Of a DNA stretch of 64,000 nt, positions 41,133 to 50,278 are shown in pieces; within the stretch, counting starts at the first letter, position 1; every line of letters starts with the position of its first letter. The notes under the pieces are model-generated. The model was not told the DNA's origin and ran no database searches. It was given only the letters and a program-made list of their open reading frames with translations. The stretch is from an uncultured delta proteobacterium (GTDB taxonomy: Bacteria; Desulfobacterota; Desulfuromonadia; Desulfuromonadales; BM103). The position numbers and the translations under genes were made by a program. The stretch lies in NCBI GenBank assembly GCA_963715335.1, contig CAVQRZ010000014.1, forward strand, positions 96,001 to 160,000, read 5' to 3'.

Positions 41133-41208
41133 ACCTTTGTGCTTTTGAGGTAGACTATAGAAGGCATCCCCAGGCTCGGGGTGTTCCTTAGCGTATTCCG
41201 GGGGATAC

Positions 41209-42096
41209 ATGTCGAAACCTCATGATGTTGCCGCAAAGCGGCCCTCGCCGATTCTCTGGCTGGTTTTGGGCGCTGTCTGCATCAGCTTTGCGCCGATTTT
41301 TATCAGGCTGGCTAATGTCTCCCCCGACATTGCCGGCTTTTACAGGCTGTTTTTCGCCGGCCTGTCTTTGTTTGTCATTCTCTGTCTGCGTGGTGCCCTG
41401 CAGCGGTTGCCGCGTGGTCCGGCATTACTCCTGGTGGCGAGCGGGTCCTTCCTGGCGATAGATTTCATGTGCTGGCATCGCAGTATCCATCTGGTCGGCC
41501 CGGGGTTTTCGACCCTCCTGGCGAACTTCCAGGTTTTTTTTACCGCACTCTTCGCCTGGCTGCTTTTCCGCGAAAAAGTCACCCGGATGTTCGTTGTGGC
41601 CATCTTCATGGCGTTCATCGGCCTGACCTTTATAACCGGACTGGATTGGCAGGGGTTGTCCTCCGAGGTCAGGTCCGGAATCGTTTTCGGGCTGCTCGCG
41701 GCGATTTGCTATTCCGGCTACCTGCTGTTTCTGAAGGAGTCGATGAAGGAGAATGTTGTCAGCGGCATGTCTGTCATGCTCGTGGTCTCGGTTTCCGGGT
41801 CCATCGTGCTCGGTGTGGTCAGCCTGGCGACGGGCGCATCCTTCGCGATACCAGATGGCGGCTCCCTGCTGGCCCTGCTTGGTGTCGGCGTACTGAGTAC
41901 GACGGTCGGCTGGTCGATTATCTCTGCCGCTGTCAGGCATGTGCCGGCAACGGTCGCCGGACTGGTCCTGTTGCTGCAACCCGCGCTGGCTTTTGTCTGG
42001 GATGTCATGATTTTTGACCGCCCGACCGGCGGCTCCGAAATCTTTGGCATCCTGTTGATCCTGTTGGCGATATATTTAGGCTCTTACCGGAAATAA
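41209..42096 (+). CDS. DMT/EamA-family transporter
   Basis: GAVCISFAPIFIR, STLLANFQVFF, LLLQPAL; about 10 TM helices. Confidence 0.88.
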   Translation: MSKPHDVAAKRPSPILWLVLGAVCISFAPIFIRLANVSPDIAGFYRLFFAGLSLFVILCLRGALQRLPRGPALLLVASGSFLAIDFMCWHRSIHLVGPGFSTLLANFQVFFTALFAWLLFREKVTRMFVVAIFMAFIGLTFITGLDWQGLSSEVRSGIVFGLLAAICYSGYLLFLKESMKENVVSGMSVMLVVSVSGSIVLGVVSLATGASFAIPDGGSLLALLGVGVLSTTVGWSIISAAVRHVPATVAGLVLLLQPALAFVWDVMIFDRPTGGSEIFGILLILLAIYLGSYRK

Positions 42097-42116
42097 GAGG
42101 GTTTCATGCGACATTT

Positions 42117-42151
42117 TATTCGTTTCAGAATATTTTATTCATTATTGAATA
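42117..42151. promoter_or_regulatory. Tandem palindromes TATTC-N6-GAATA (enhancer of hypD)
   Basis: TATTCGTTTCAGAATA (42117-42132) and TATTCATTATTGAATA (42136-42151), 19 bp apart. Confidence 0.6.
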
Positions 42152-42245
42152 ATAAACGCTTGCTGGTTGTCGTTTCCTCTGCCTCATCCTTCTAATAAAC
42201 CTTTTTATTTCAGGTGCTTACAAAATTCACCCGACCGCTCCTGCT

Positions 42246-42260
42246 TGGTACCCTTTTTGC
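42246..42260 (+). promoter_or_regulatory. Sigma-54 promoter of hypD
   Basis: TGGTAC-CCTTT-TTGC. Confidence 0.75.
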
Positions 42261-42426
42261 TCTGTATCTAATCAGTGTTGTTTGTCTTTTGACTGTCTTT
42301 GTTGGGTTGTCAGCTATGGGTCGCTTGTCTTTGGTCCGCTGCCCGCAGTACAATCAAGAGTGAGAATTCAAAAGCTCCACGGATTAGCCGGGTTGTTGGG
42401 CCAGAAGGTAAGGATTGGTCTTGATC

Positions 42427-44877
42427 ATGGAAAGTGAACTGAAAGTTGTGCCGCAAAGGAAAGCTGCTGCCGAGGGTAACTTTTACCCGGAGCATAAAGC
42501 GGCTATCGGCCCGGGAATGAACGCGCGCGTCCAGCGCCTGCGCAAGCTGAGCGTGGAGGCGGAACCGAGCCTGTCGATCGAACGCGCCCTTCACGAAACG
42601 GCCTTCTACAAGGAAAATTACGGCAAGCACTCGGTTCCGATGTTGAGGGCGCTGAACTTTCTCGATCACTGCCAGAAAAAAACTCTGTACATCGGAGATG
42701 ATGAGCTGATTGTCGCCGAGCGCGGCCCAAGGCCGAAGGCTGTGCCGACTTTCCCCGAGCTGACCTGCCACAGTGTCGAAGATTTCCAAGTCCTCAATAC
42801 CCGCGACCAGCAGCGCTACACCATCAGTGATGAGGATATTGCGACCTACGCGCGCGAAGTGATCCCTTACTGGCAGGGCAAGACCATTCGCGAACGAATC
42901 TTCAGCCATGTCCCCGATGAATGGCGGGCTGCCTACGAGGCCGGGCTCTTTACCGAGTTCATGGAGCAGCGTGCACCGGGGCACACCGCCCTGGATGGCC
43001 AGATCTATCGTAAAGGGATGCTCGATTTCAAAAAGCAGATTGCTGATGAACTGGCCGCGCTGGACTTCCTCAATGACCCGGAGGCCACCGACAAGGCAGA
43101 AGAACTCAAGGCAATGGGTGTCTCTTGCGATGCCGTGATCGTTTTCGCCGAGCGTCACGCCGATCTGGCTGAAGAGCTGATGGCCGCTGCAAGTGACCCG
43201 CAGCGGATTGCCGAGTTGCGCTCCATTGCCGAAGTCTGCCGCTGGGTTCCCGCCAACGCGCCGCGCACTTTTCACGAAGCGATCCAGATGTACTGGTTCG
43301 TGCATCTCGGCACGATCACCGAACTGAATGGCTGGGACGCCATGAACCCCGGGCATTTCGATCAGCATCTTGCTCCCTTCTACGAAGCAGAGCTTGCCGC
43401 AGGGACCTTGACCCGCGAACGGGCCAAGGAGTTGCTCAGCTGTTTCTGGATCAAGGTCAACAACCATCCGGCGCCGCCCAAGGTGGGGATCACGGCCCGT
43501 GAGAGCGGCACCTACAACGACTTCACCAATATCAACATTGGTGGCGTAACGAGTGACGGCAGGGACGGCGTCAGCGAGGTGTCCTACCTCATGCTCGAGG
43601 TGATTGAAGAGCTGCATGTCCTGCAGCCCGGCAACTCGGTACACATCAGCAGCAAGACTCCCGACCGTTTCTTGAAGGCCGCTTGCAAGGTGATTCGCCA
43701 GGGGCATGGCTACCCCTCGGTGTTCAATCCCGACGTCTATATCGTTGAGATGCTGCGCCAGGGTAAGTCGCTCAAGGACGCCCGTGAGGGCGGCTGCAGC
43801 GGCTGTATCGAGGTGGGCGCTTTTGGCAAGGAAGCATTCATCCTGACCGGTTACCTCAACGTGCCGAAAATTCTCGAAGTCACCCTGAACAACGGCGTCG
43901 ACCCGGTGACGGGCAAGGTTGCCGGTATTGCAACCGGGGACCCGAGAGGGTTTGAAAGCTACGATGAACTCTACGAGGCGTTTAAACGACAGCTCAACTT
44001 CATCGTCGACACCAAGGTGCGGGTGAGCAATTACATCGACCGGATGTTTGCCAAGTATGCGCCGGCGCCTTTCCTGTCGGTGGTCATAGAAGATTGCATC
44101 AGCAAGGGCCGGGATTATTACGACGGTGGCCCACGTTACAATACCAACTACATTCAGTGCACCGGTCTGGCGACCACGACAGACAGCCTTGCCGTGCTCA
44201 AGAAGCACGTTTTCGAGGGGAAGTCTTTCAGTATGGAGCGGGTCCTCGAAGCTGTGGGCAAGAACTTCGAAGGTGAGGAATTCATACGCCAGACGGTGCT
44301 CAACAAGACACCCTTTTTCGGTAATGATGACGACTATGCCGACGACATCGCCCTTAAGGTTTACCATGATCTGCTGGCCGCCATCGACGGCAAGCCGAAC
44401 GTCAAGGGCGAGACCTTCCACCTCAACATGCTCTCCACGACCTGCCATATCTACTTCGGCAAGGTGATGGGGGCGACGCCCAATGGACGCCTGGCAGGCA
44501 AGTCGATTTCCGATGGCACGTCTCCCTCGCACGGCGCCGACACCCATGGCCCTTCGGCGGTCATCCGTTCGCTGAGCAAGCTTGACCACACCATGTCCGG
44601 CGGCACTCTGCTCAACCAGCGCTTCCTGCCCAGCCTGCTCAAGCGCGATGAGGATGTTGCCCGGCTTGGCCACTTGATCCGCAGCTACTTTACCCTCGGC
44701 GGCCATCACATCCAGTTCAATATCGTTGACACCGCGACGTTGCAGGCTGCCCAGGAGACCCCCGAAGACTACAAGGACCTGCTGGTGCGCATGGCTGGCT
44801 ACAGTGACTACTTCAACGATATGAATGCAGACCTGCAACAGGAAGTTATCGAGCGGACCGAGAACGAGTCGTTCTGA
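42427..44877 (+). CDS. hypD: Glycyl radical enzyme, trans-4-hydroxy-L-proline dehydratase
   Basis: HypD-type motifs FTEFMEQRAPGHT, TELNGWDA, PAPPKVGITARESGTYNDF, SGCIE (thiyl Cys/Glu), LTGYLN, TTCHIYFG, and glycyl loop RMAGYS. Confidence 0.92.
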   Translation: MESELKVVPQRKAAAEGNFYPEHKAAIGPGMNARVQRLRKLSVEAEPSLSIERALHETAFYKENYGKHSVPMLRALNFLDHCQKKTLYIGDDELIVAERGPRPKAVPTFPELTCHSVEDFQVLNTRDQQRYTISDEDIATYAREVIPYWQGKTIRERIFSHVPDEWRAAYEAGLFTEFMEQRAPGHTALDGQIYRKGMLDFKKQIADELAALDFLNDPEATDKAEELKAMGVSCDAVIVFAERHADLAEELMAAASDPQRIAELRSIAEVCRWVPANAPRTFHEAIQMYWFVHLGTITELNGWDAMNPGHFDQHLAPFYEAELAAGTLTRERAKELLSCFWIKVNNHPAPPKVGITARESGTYNDFTNINIGGVTSDGRDGVSEVSYLMLEVIEELHVLQPGNSVHISSKTPDRFLKAACKVIRQGHGYPSVFNPDVYIVEMLRQGKSLKDAREGGCSGCIEVGAFGKEAFILTGYLNVPKILEVTLNNGVDPVTGKVAGIATGDPRGFESYDELYEAFKRQLNFIVDTKVRVSNYIDRMFAKYAPAPFLSVVIEDCISKGRDYYDGGPRYNTNYIQCTGLATTTDSLAVLKKHVFEGKSFSMERVLEAVGKNFEGEEFIRQTVLNKTPFFGNDDDYADDIALKVYHDLLAAIDGKPNVKGETFHLNMLSTTCHIYFGKVMGATPNGRLAGKSISDGTSPSHGADTHGPSAVIRSLSKLDHTMSGGTLLNQRFLPSLLKRDEDVARLGHLIRSYFTLGGHHIQFNIVDTATLQAAQETPEDYKDLLVRMAGYSDYFNDMNADLQQEVIERTENESF

Positions 44878-44878
44878 A

Positions 44879-45787
44879 ATGCAGCAACCGCTCGTATTCG
44901 ATATCAAGCGTTATTCGATCAATGACGGTCCCGGAATCCGTGTCACGATTTTCCTCAAGGGGTGTCCGCTGAATTGCCAGTGGTGCCACAACCCTGAAAG
45001 CATCTCGCCCAGAATTCAAAAGCTCTTTACCGCCAGCAAATGCATCGGCTGCGGAGAATGTTGCCGTGTTTGCCCGGTGCAGGCCTGTACCCTGACCCCC
45101 GGGGGGATCGAGACGGATGAGAAGCTCTGCACCCTCTGCGGCAAGTGCGCGGAGGTCTGTCCGACCCTGGCGACGGAGATGTCCGGGCAGTACCGCTCTA
45201 TTGCAGAACTCATTGAGATCATCGAAAAGGAACGGCCTTTTTTTGAACAGTCGGGTGGCGGGGTGACTTTTTCCGGTGGTGAACCTCTCCTTTACCCTGA
45301 GTTCCTGATTGAGCTTCTCGATGCCTGCGGCAAGAAGAATATTCACAGCGCGATAGATACTTCGGGGTATGTCAAGGGCGAAACCCTGCTCAGGGTCGCC
45401 GGACACACCGACCTTTTCCTTTACGATTTGAAGATAATTGATGCCGAACGGCACAGGCATTTCACCGGCGTTGATAACCGGCTGATCCTGGATAACCTGA
45501 AGATGCTGGCAGAGACGGGCGCGACGATCCAGATACGCATCCCGCTGATCGGCGGTGTGAACGATGATGTGCAAAGCGTCAAGGCCTTCGCCGCCCATGT
45601 CGCCGGTTTGGCCGGCGCAAGCAAAGAGGTCAACCTGCTGCCGTTCCATGATGTTGCCAGGGGGAAGGATCTGAAGCTCGGCCGGAATCGTGATTTGAGC
45701 GCCCTGAAAGAGCCCGGACCGGAGAGCGTTGCCCGCGCCCTGGAAATCTTTGCCGGGTATGGCCTGGCGGCCAGTGTCGGGGGGTAA
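44879..45787 (+). CDS. Glycyl-radical activating enzyme (radical SAM with 2x[4Fe-4S] insert)
   Basis: DGPGIR...GCPLNCQWCHNPES; CIGCGECCRVCP and CTLCGKCAEVCP; GGVTFSGGEP. Confidence 0.95.
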   Translation: MQQPLVFDIKRYSINDGPGIRVTIFLKGCPLNCQWCHNPESISPRIQKLFTASKCIGCGECCRVCPVQACTLTPGGIETDEKLCTLCGKCAEVCPTLATEMSGQYRSIAELIEIIEKERPFFEQSGGGVTFSGGEPLLYPEFLIELLDACGKKNIHSAIDTSGYVKGETLLRVAGHTDLFLYDLKIIDAERHRHFTGVDNRLILDNLKMLAETGATIQIRIPLIGGVNDDVQSVKAFAAHVAGLAGASKEVNLLPFHDVARGKDLKLGRNRDLSALKEPGPESVARALEIFAGYGLAASVGG

Positions 45788-45790
45788 GCT

Positions 45791-45916
45791 TATGCATAAT
45801 TGCATACGACTATATCACAAAGAACTCAATGCATATTTGCATATAACCAAATCTTCTCCATAAAAAACAGCAATATATATAGCATTGCCGGCCTTTTTTT
45901 AATGCTCTGTTGCATA
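45791..45916. promoter_or_regulatory. Three WATGC-N6-GCATA palindromes upstream of P5C dehydrogenase
   Basis: TATGCATAATTGCATA (45791), AATGCATATTTGCATA (45828), AATGCTCTGTTGCATA (45901). Confidence 0.6.
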
Positions 45917-46134
45917 ATATTTTTTCTGTTAATCGTCTCTGGATCCTCCCGCAACTCCTGTTCAAGAAAAAAACCGTCATCACCCGCTTTCCGGATGTTT
46001 CTCCTCTGAAATATCTTCTCGGCAAAAATCTTTTTAAAAACAGTCTGTTATAATTCTCTTGCGATTTTCAATGAGGTCTTTTTGTCAGGAGCTGCGCGAC
46101 GCATGCACCACTGGTGCAGGTAAACGGGATGGCT

Positions 46135-46149
46135 TGGCATCCTGCTTGC
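46135..46149 (+). promoter_or_regulatory. Sigma-54 promoter of the pruA operon
   Basis: TGGCAT-CCTGC-TTGC. Confidence 0.8.
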
Positions 46150-46222
46150 TCTTACAGACGATGAGAATATCTCGGATGCGAATCCTTAAACGGTAAATAA
46201 CCCGGTACGAAAGGTGATCGTC

Positions 46223-47866
46223 ATGAATCTGCTGAATAACGCCATACTCAAGGTTCCGACCCCTGTCAACGAGCCGATCAACAGCTATGCTCCGGGCACG
46301 CCGGAGCGCGCTCTGCTTAAGGCTGCAATCGCTGATATTGCCGCAAAAAAAGTAGAAATTCCCCTGATTATCGGTGGCAAGGATGTCCGCACCGGCAATC
46401 TTGGCAAGGTGGTCATGCCGCATGACCATCAGCATGTCCTCGGCGAATATCACATTGCCGGGGAAAAAGAGATCAGCATGGCGATCGAGGCAGCAATGGC
46501 CGCCAAGCCGGCCTGGGCAGCCCTGCGCTGGGAAGAACGTGCGGCGATCTTTCTCAAGGCGGCTGAGTTGTTGGCCGGCAGGTATCGCCACGTCATGAAT
46601 GCGATCAGCATGCTCTCGACCGGCAAGACGGCCTACCAGGCAGAGATTGATGCGGCCTGCGAGTTGATCGATTTCCTGCGTTTCAATGTCTACTACGCAC
46701 AACAGGTCTATAGCGACCAGCCACTCTATTCACCGACCGGCGTATGGAACTTTGTCCAGCAGCGTCCTCTGGAAGGCTTCATCTTCGCCGTTGCACCGTT
46801 CAACTTCACTGCGATTGCCGGCAACCTGGCAACGTCCCCTGCGATCATGGGCAATACCGTATTCCTCAAGCCGGCATCTTCCTGTGTGTACACGCCGTAC
46901 CTCTTCATGCAGATTCTCAGGGAAGCCGGTCTGCCGGACGGCGTCATCAACTTCGTGCCCGGGCCCGGTTCGATGGTCGGCAAAATGTGTCTCGATCATG
47001 CCGATCTCGGCGGCATTCACTTTACCGGTTCGACCGGAGTCTTTCACCAGATGTGGGCGACGGTCGGCAAGAATATCGCCAGGTACAAGTCGTATCCGCG
47101 GATTGTCGGAGAGACCGGTGGCAAGGACTTCATCGTTGCTCACAAGAGTGCTGATGTCCGCAGGCTGGTTACCGGTATCGTCCGCGGTGCATTCGAATTC
47201 CAGGGGCAGAAGTGCTCGGCGGCTTCGCGTGCTTATATCCCCAAATCGATCTGGGGCGAGGTCCGCAGAGAGCTCGAAGCCGATGTCGCCCGAATCAAGA
47301 TGGGCCCGACCAACGATTTCACAAACTTCTTCAGTGCGGTGATCGACAGCTCGGCCTATGCCACGATCACCGAATATATTGATTACGCCAGGGCTGCCGA
47401 GGATGCCGAAATTATTGCCGGTGGCGGTTACGACGACAGCAAGGGCTACTTCATCGAGCCGACGGTCATCCTGACCAGCAACCCGCACTTCCGTACCCTG
47501 GAGGAGGAGATCTTCGGTCCGGTCATGACCATTTATGTGTACGAGGATGAAAAGTACGAAGAGACGCTCAAGCTCTGCGACGAGACGTCGATCTACGCCC
47601 TGACCGGCGCTGTATTCGCGACCGACAGGAGCGCGGTCAGTCTTGCATTGAGCAGGCTGGAAAACGCCGCCGGCAACTTCTATATCAATGACAAGCCGAC
47701 CGGCGCAGTCGTCGGGCAGCAGCCGTTTGGTGGGGCCCGCGCGTCCGGTACCAATGACAAGGCCGGCTCGTACCTGAACCTGCTCCGCTGGGTCTCGCCG
47801 CGCACGATCAAGGAAACCTTCGATGCGCCTGCAGACTTTGCTTACCCCTTCATGGACGCTGAATAA
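46223..47866 (+). CDS. pruA: L-glutamate gamma-semialdehyde (P5C) dehydrogenase
   Basis: NEPINSYAPG, QAEIDAACELIDFLRFN, FTGST, GETGGKDF, FQGQKCSA, NDKPTGAVVGQQPFGGARASGTNDKAG. Confidence 0.96.
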   Translation: MNLLNNAILKVPTPVNEPINSYAPGTPERALLKAAIADIAAKKVEIPLIIGGKDVRTGNLGKVVMPHDHQHVLGEYHIAGEKEISMAIEAAMAAKPAWAALRWEERAAIFLKAAELLAGRYRHVMNAISMLSTGKTAYQAEIDAACELIDFLRFNVYYAQQVYSDQPLYSPTGVWNFVQQRPLEGFIFAVAPFNFTAIAGNLATSPAIMGNTVFLKPASSCVYTPYLFMQILREAGLPDGVINFVPGPGSMVGKMCLDHADLGGIHFTGSTGVFHQMWATVGKNIARYKSYPRIVGETGGKDFIVAHKSADVRRLVTGIVRGAFEFQGQKCSAASRAYIPKSIWGEVRRELEADVARIKMGPTNDFTNFFSAVIDSSAYATITEYIDYARAAEDAEIIAGGGYDDSKGYFIEPTVILTSNPHFRTLEEEIFGPVMTIYVYEDEKYEETLKLCDETSIYALTGAVFATDRSAVSLALSRLENAAGNFYINDKPTGAVVGQQPFGGARASGTNDKAGSYLNLLRWVSPRTIKETFDAPADFAYPFMDAE

Positions 47867-47924
47867 GGGTGCTTGTGGGTGGCTTGGCCGCCGACATCAA
47901 AGTTGTTCATACATGGAGGAGTGA

Positions 47925-48839
47925 ATGTCAATTTTCAATTTCCTGGTATCAAAAACGATCATGCACGTGCCAGGACCGATTGTTGGGCTCTTTGCCAGAG
48001 GTTATATAGCCGGTGAAGAACTCAAGCATGCGATCGCGGTCACCAGAGACCTGAACAGCAAAGGCATGATGGCGACTATCGATATCCTTGGTGAGTTCAT
48101 TAAAACCAGGGAGGAAGCGACCTATTTCAAGGAGCAGTGCCTGGAAATCCTGAAAGGCATCGACAGGGAAAAGCTGGACGCCAACCTGTCGCTGAAACCG
48201 ACCCAGATGGGTCTGGAACTCGACAAGGAATTCGCTTTTGCCAACATCCGCGAGATCGTGGAACTGGCCGCCGGGTTGAATAATTTCGTGCGCATCGATA
48301 TGGAAGACCATTCATGCACTGACCACACGATCGAGTTCTTCAGGCGCCTGCGCGAGGAGTTCCCCGGGCATGTCGGCGTGGTACTGCAGTCTTACCTGCG
48401 CCGCACTCTCGATGATATTGAAGCCATGAGTGACGGCTTGTTGCACTTCCGCCTGTGCAAAGGGATTTATAACGAGCCGCGCACAGTCGCCTACAAAGAC
48501 ATGACGATCATCAACCGTAGCTTTGTCTGTTGTCTGGACAAGATGTTTGCAAAAGGCGCATACGTTGGTATTGCCACTCACGATGAAAAGCTGATCTTCG
48601 AATCATTGCAGTTGATCAGAAAATATGCATTGAAAAGTGACGATTATGAATTCCAGATGCTGCTCGGAGTTGATCCGGAGTTGCGTGACATGCTGGTTGC
48701 ACAGAAGCACAGGCTTCGTATATACGTGCCGTTCGGCAAGTCCTGGTTGCCGTATTCAAAGCGGCGCCTCAAGGAGAACCCCAGTATCGCCCAGCATGCC
48801 CTGCGACAGATCCTCGGCATGAAATCCAAATCGGTCTGA
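47925..48839 (+). CDS. Monofunctional proline dehydrogenase
   Basis: SLKPTQMG, RIDMED, QSYLRRT, RLCKGIY, IATHD, EFQMLLG, YSKRRLKENP. Confidence 0.93.
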   Translation: MSIFNFLVSKTIMHVPGPIVGLFARGYIAGEELKHAIAVTRDLNSKGMMATIDILGEFIKTREEATYFKEQCLEILKGIDREKLDANLSLKPTQMGLELDKEFAFANIREIVELAAGLNNFVRIDMEDHSCTDHTIEFFRRLREEFPGHVGVVLQSYLRRTLDDIEAMSDGLLHFRLCKGIYNEPRTVAYKDMTIINRSFVCCLDKMFAKGAYVGIATHDEKLIFESLQLIRKYALKSDDYEFQMLLGVDPELRDMLVAQKHRLRIYVPFGKSWLPYSKRRLKENPSIAQHALRQILGMKSKSV

Positions 48840-48861
48840 CCGAAAGGGTAAACTCTGTTGC

Positions 48862-48896
48862 AAAGGAGGATGTCACTTGTTGGCATCCTCCTTTTC
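48862..48896 (+). terminator. Rho-independent terminator closing the island
   Basis: AAAGGAGGATGTCA-CTTGT-TGGCATCCTCCTTTT. Confidence 0.75.
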
Positions 48897-48928
48897 GTGT
48901 CTGTGAGGGGCTGAACTTGGGAACCTGA

Positions 48929-50278
48929 TTGACTATGACTCGGCAAGCAACTCTGAAGAGTATATATCGTCTCTGGTGGCCGTTGGCCGCAACCTGGTTG
49001 ATGATGGCCATCGAAGGCCCCTTCCTGGCTGCGGTGATTGCCCGAATGGGGGAGAGTGCCGTCAACCTGGCTGCTTACGGGGTGGCCTATGCGTTCGGCC
49101 TGATCACCGAAGCCCCGGTGATCATGCTTCTGAGCGCTGCGACCCGCCTGGGGCGATCACGCACTGATTACCTGCGTCTGCGGGCCTTCTCCATCATCCT
49201 TTGCGGTGCAGTCACCTTGCTGCTCGTATCCCTGCTGTTGCCGCCGGTTTTTAACCCGTTGACATCCACACTCCTGGGCTTGACAGACGATGTTGCCGGC
49301 CATGTGCGGCAGGCTATGTGGCTGCTGCTGCCGTGGCCGGCGGCAATCGGTATGCGGCGCTTCTACCAGGGGGTGCTGATCGCTCACCATCAGCCGGGCA
49401 GGGTGGCCGTCGGCACGACCACGCGACTGTTTGGCATGTCGATAACGGCCGGCCTGCTCTGGTCCTTCAGTAATTTCCCGGGAGCGAGCCTGGGGGCGTG
49501 CGCCCTGAGCGCCGGCGTGGTCCTCGAGGCCTTGTCAACCCGCTGGCTGGCCAGGCAGGCAATCGCAAAATTGCTGCGGGAGCAAGAGGCTCACGCCACC
49601 ATGGCATCTTATACTGCCCTGGGCCGTTTCTATCTGCCCTTGGCCATGACACCGCTGATCGGCCTGAGCGTTCATCCCGTGGTGACCTTCTTTCTTGGCC
49701 ATGGCAACAGACCGCTTGAGTCTCTGGCGATCATGCCGGTCCTCTATTCTCTCACATTCGTCTTTCGTGCTCTGGGCCTTTCCTTTCCGGAGGTAGCCAT
49801 CGCCACATTGAAGGATGGCGGGGAGAATCGTGCGGTCGTCCGACGTTTCGCCCTGTATCTGGCTATCGCTCTGGGGGGTGGTCTGTCCCTGATTGCTTTT
49901 ACCCCCTTGAATATCTTCTGGTATGCGACAGTTTCCGGCCTGCCTGCCGAACTTGTGCGGCTGGCGATTCCGCCACTGCAGATCATGGCGCTCTTCCCGG
50001 CTTTGACGGTCGCAATCGGATACCAGAGGGCGATATTGATCAACAGCGGGAAGACGCTGCCTGTTACTGTCGCAACGGCCATTGAAGCCTGCGGAATTTT
50101 TGTTGTTCTGGCCCTGCTGGTAAGATACTCTCCACTGCCGGGGGTGACGGCCGCAGCAATTGCTTACCTGCTGGGCCGACTCCTGGCGTTGCTGTATCTC
50201 TGCTGGCCATGTGCTGCAGAAAGCAGCGCCGGAAAGAAGGCACTGTGCAAAGCTCAACGAGGAGTGATGGATGAGTAA
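48929..50278 (+). CDS. MATE-like multi-pass membrane protein
   Basis: WPLAATWLMMAIEGP, about 12 TM helices with two-repeat organisation (PWPAAIGMRRFYQG). Confidence 0.75.
   Translation: MTMTRQATLKSIYRLWWPLAATWLMMAIEGPFLAAVIARMGESAVNLAAYGVAYAFGLITEAPVIMLLSAATRLGRSRTDYLRLRAFSIILCGAVTLLLVSLLLPPVFNPLTSTLLGLTDDVAGHVRQAMWLLLPWPAAIGMRRFYQGVLIAHHQPGRVAVGTTTRLFGMSITAGLLWSFSNFPGASLGACALSAGVVLEALSTRWLARQAIAKLLREQEAHATMASYTALGRFYLPLAMTPLIGLSVHPVVTFFLGHGNRPLESLAIMPVLYSLTFVFRALGLSFPEVAIATLKDGGENRAVVRRFALYLAIALGGGLSLIAFTPLNIFWYATVSGLPAELVRLAIPPLQIMALFPALTVAIGYQRAILINSGKTLPVTVATAIEACGIFVVLALLVRYSPLPGVTAAAIAYLLGRLLALLYLCWPCAAESSAGKKALCKAQRGVMDE

Noticed and set aside
42427..44877. Pyruvate formate-lyase or choline TMA-lyase call
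   Set aside because: It lacks the PFL Cys-Cys pair and carries HypD-type motifs throughout.
42310..44907. 865-aa ORF antisense to hypD
   Set aside because: Shadow ORF from GC-rich codon bias; no motifs, and it fully overlaps a clear gene.
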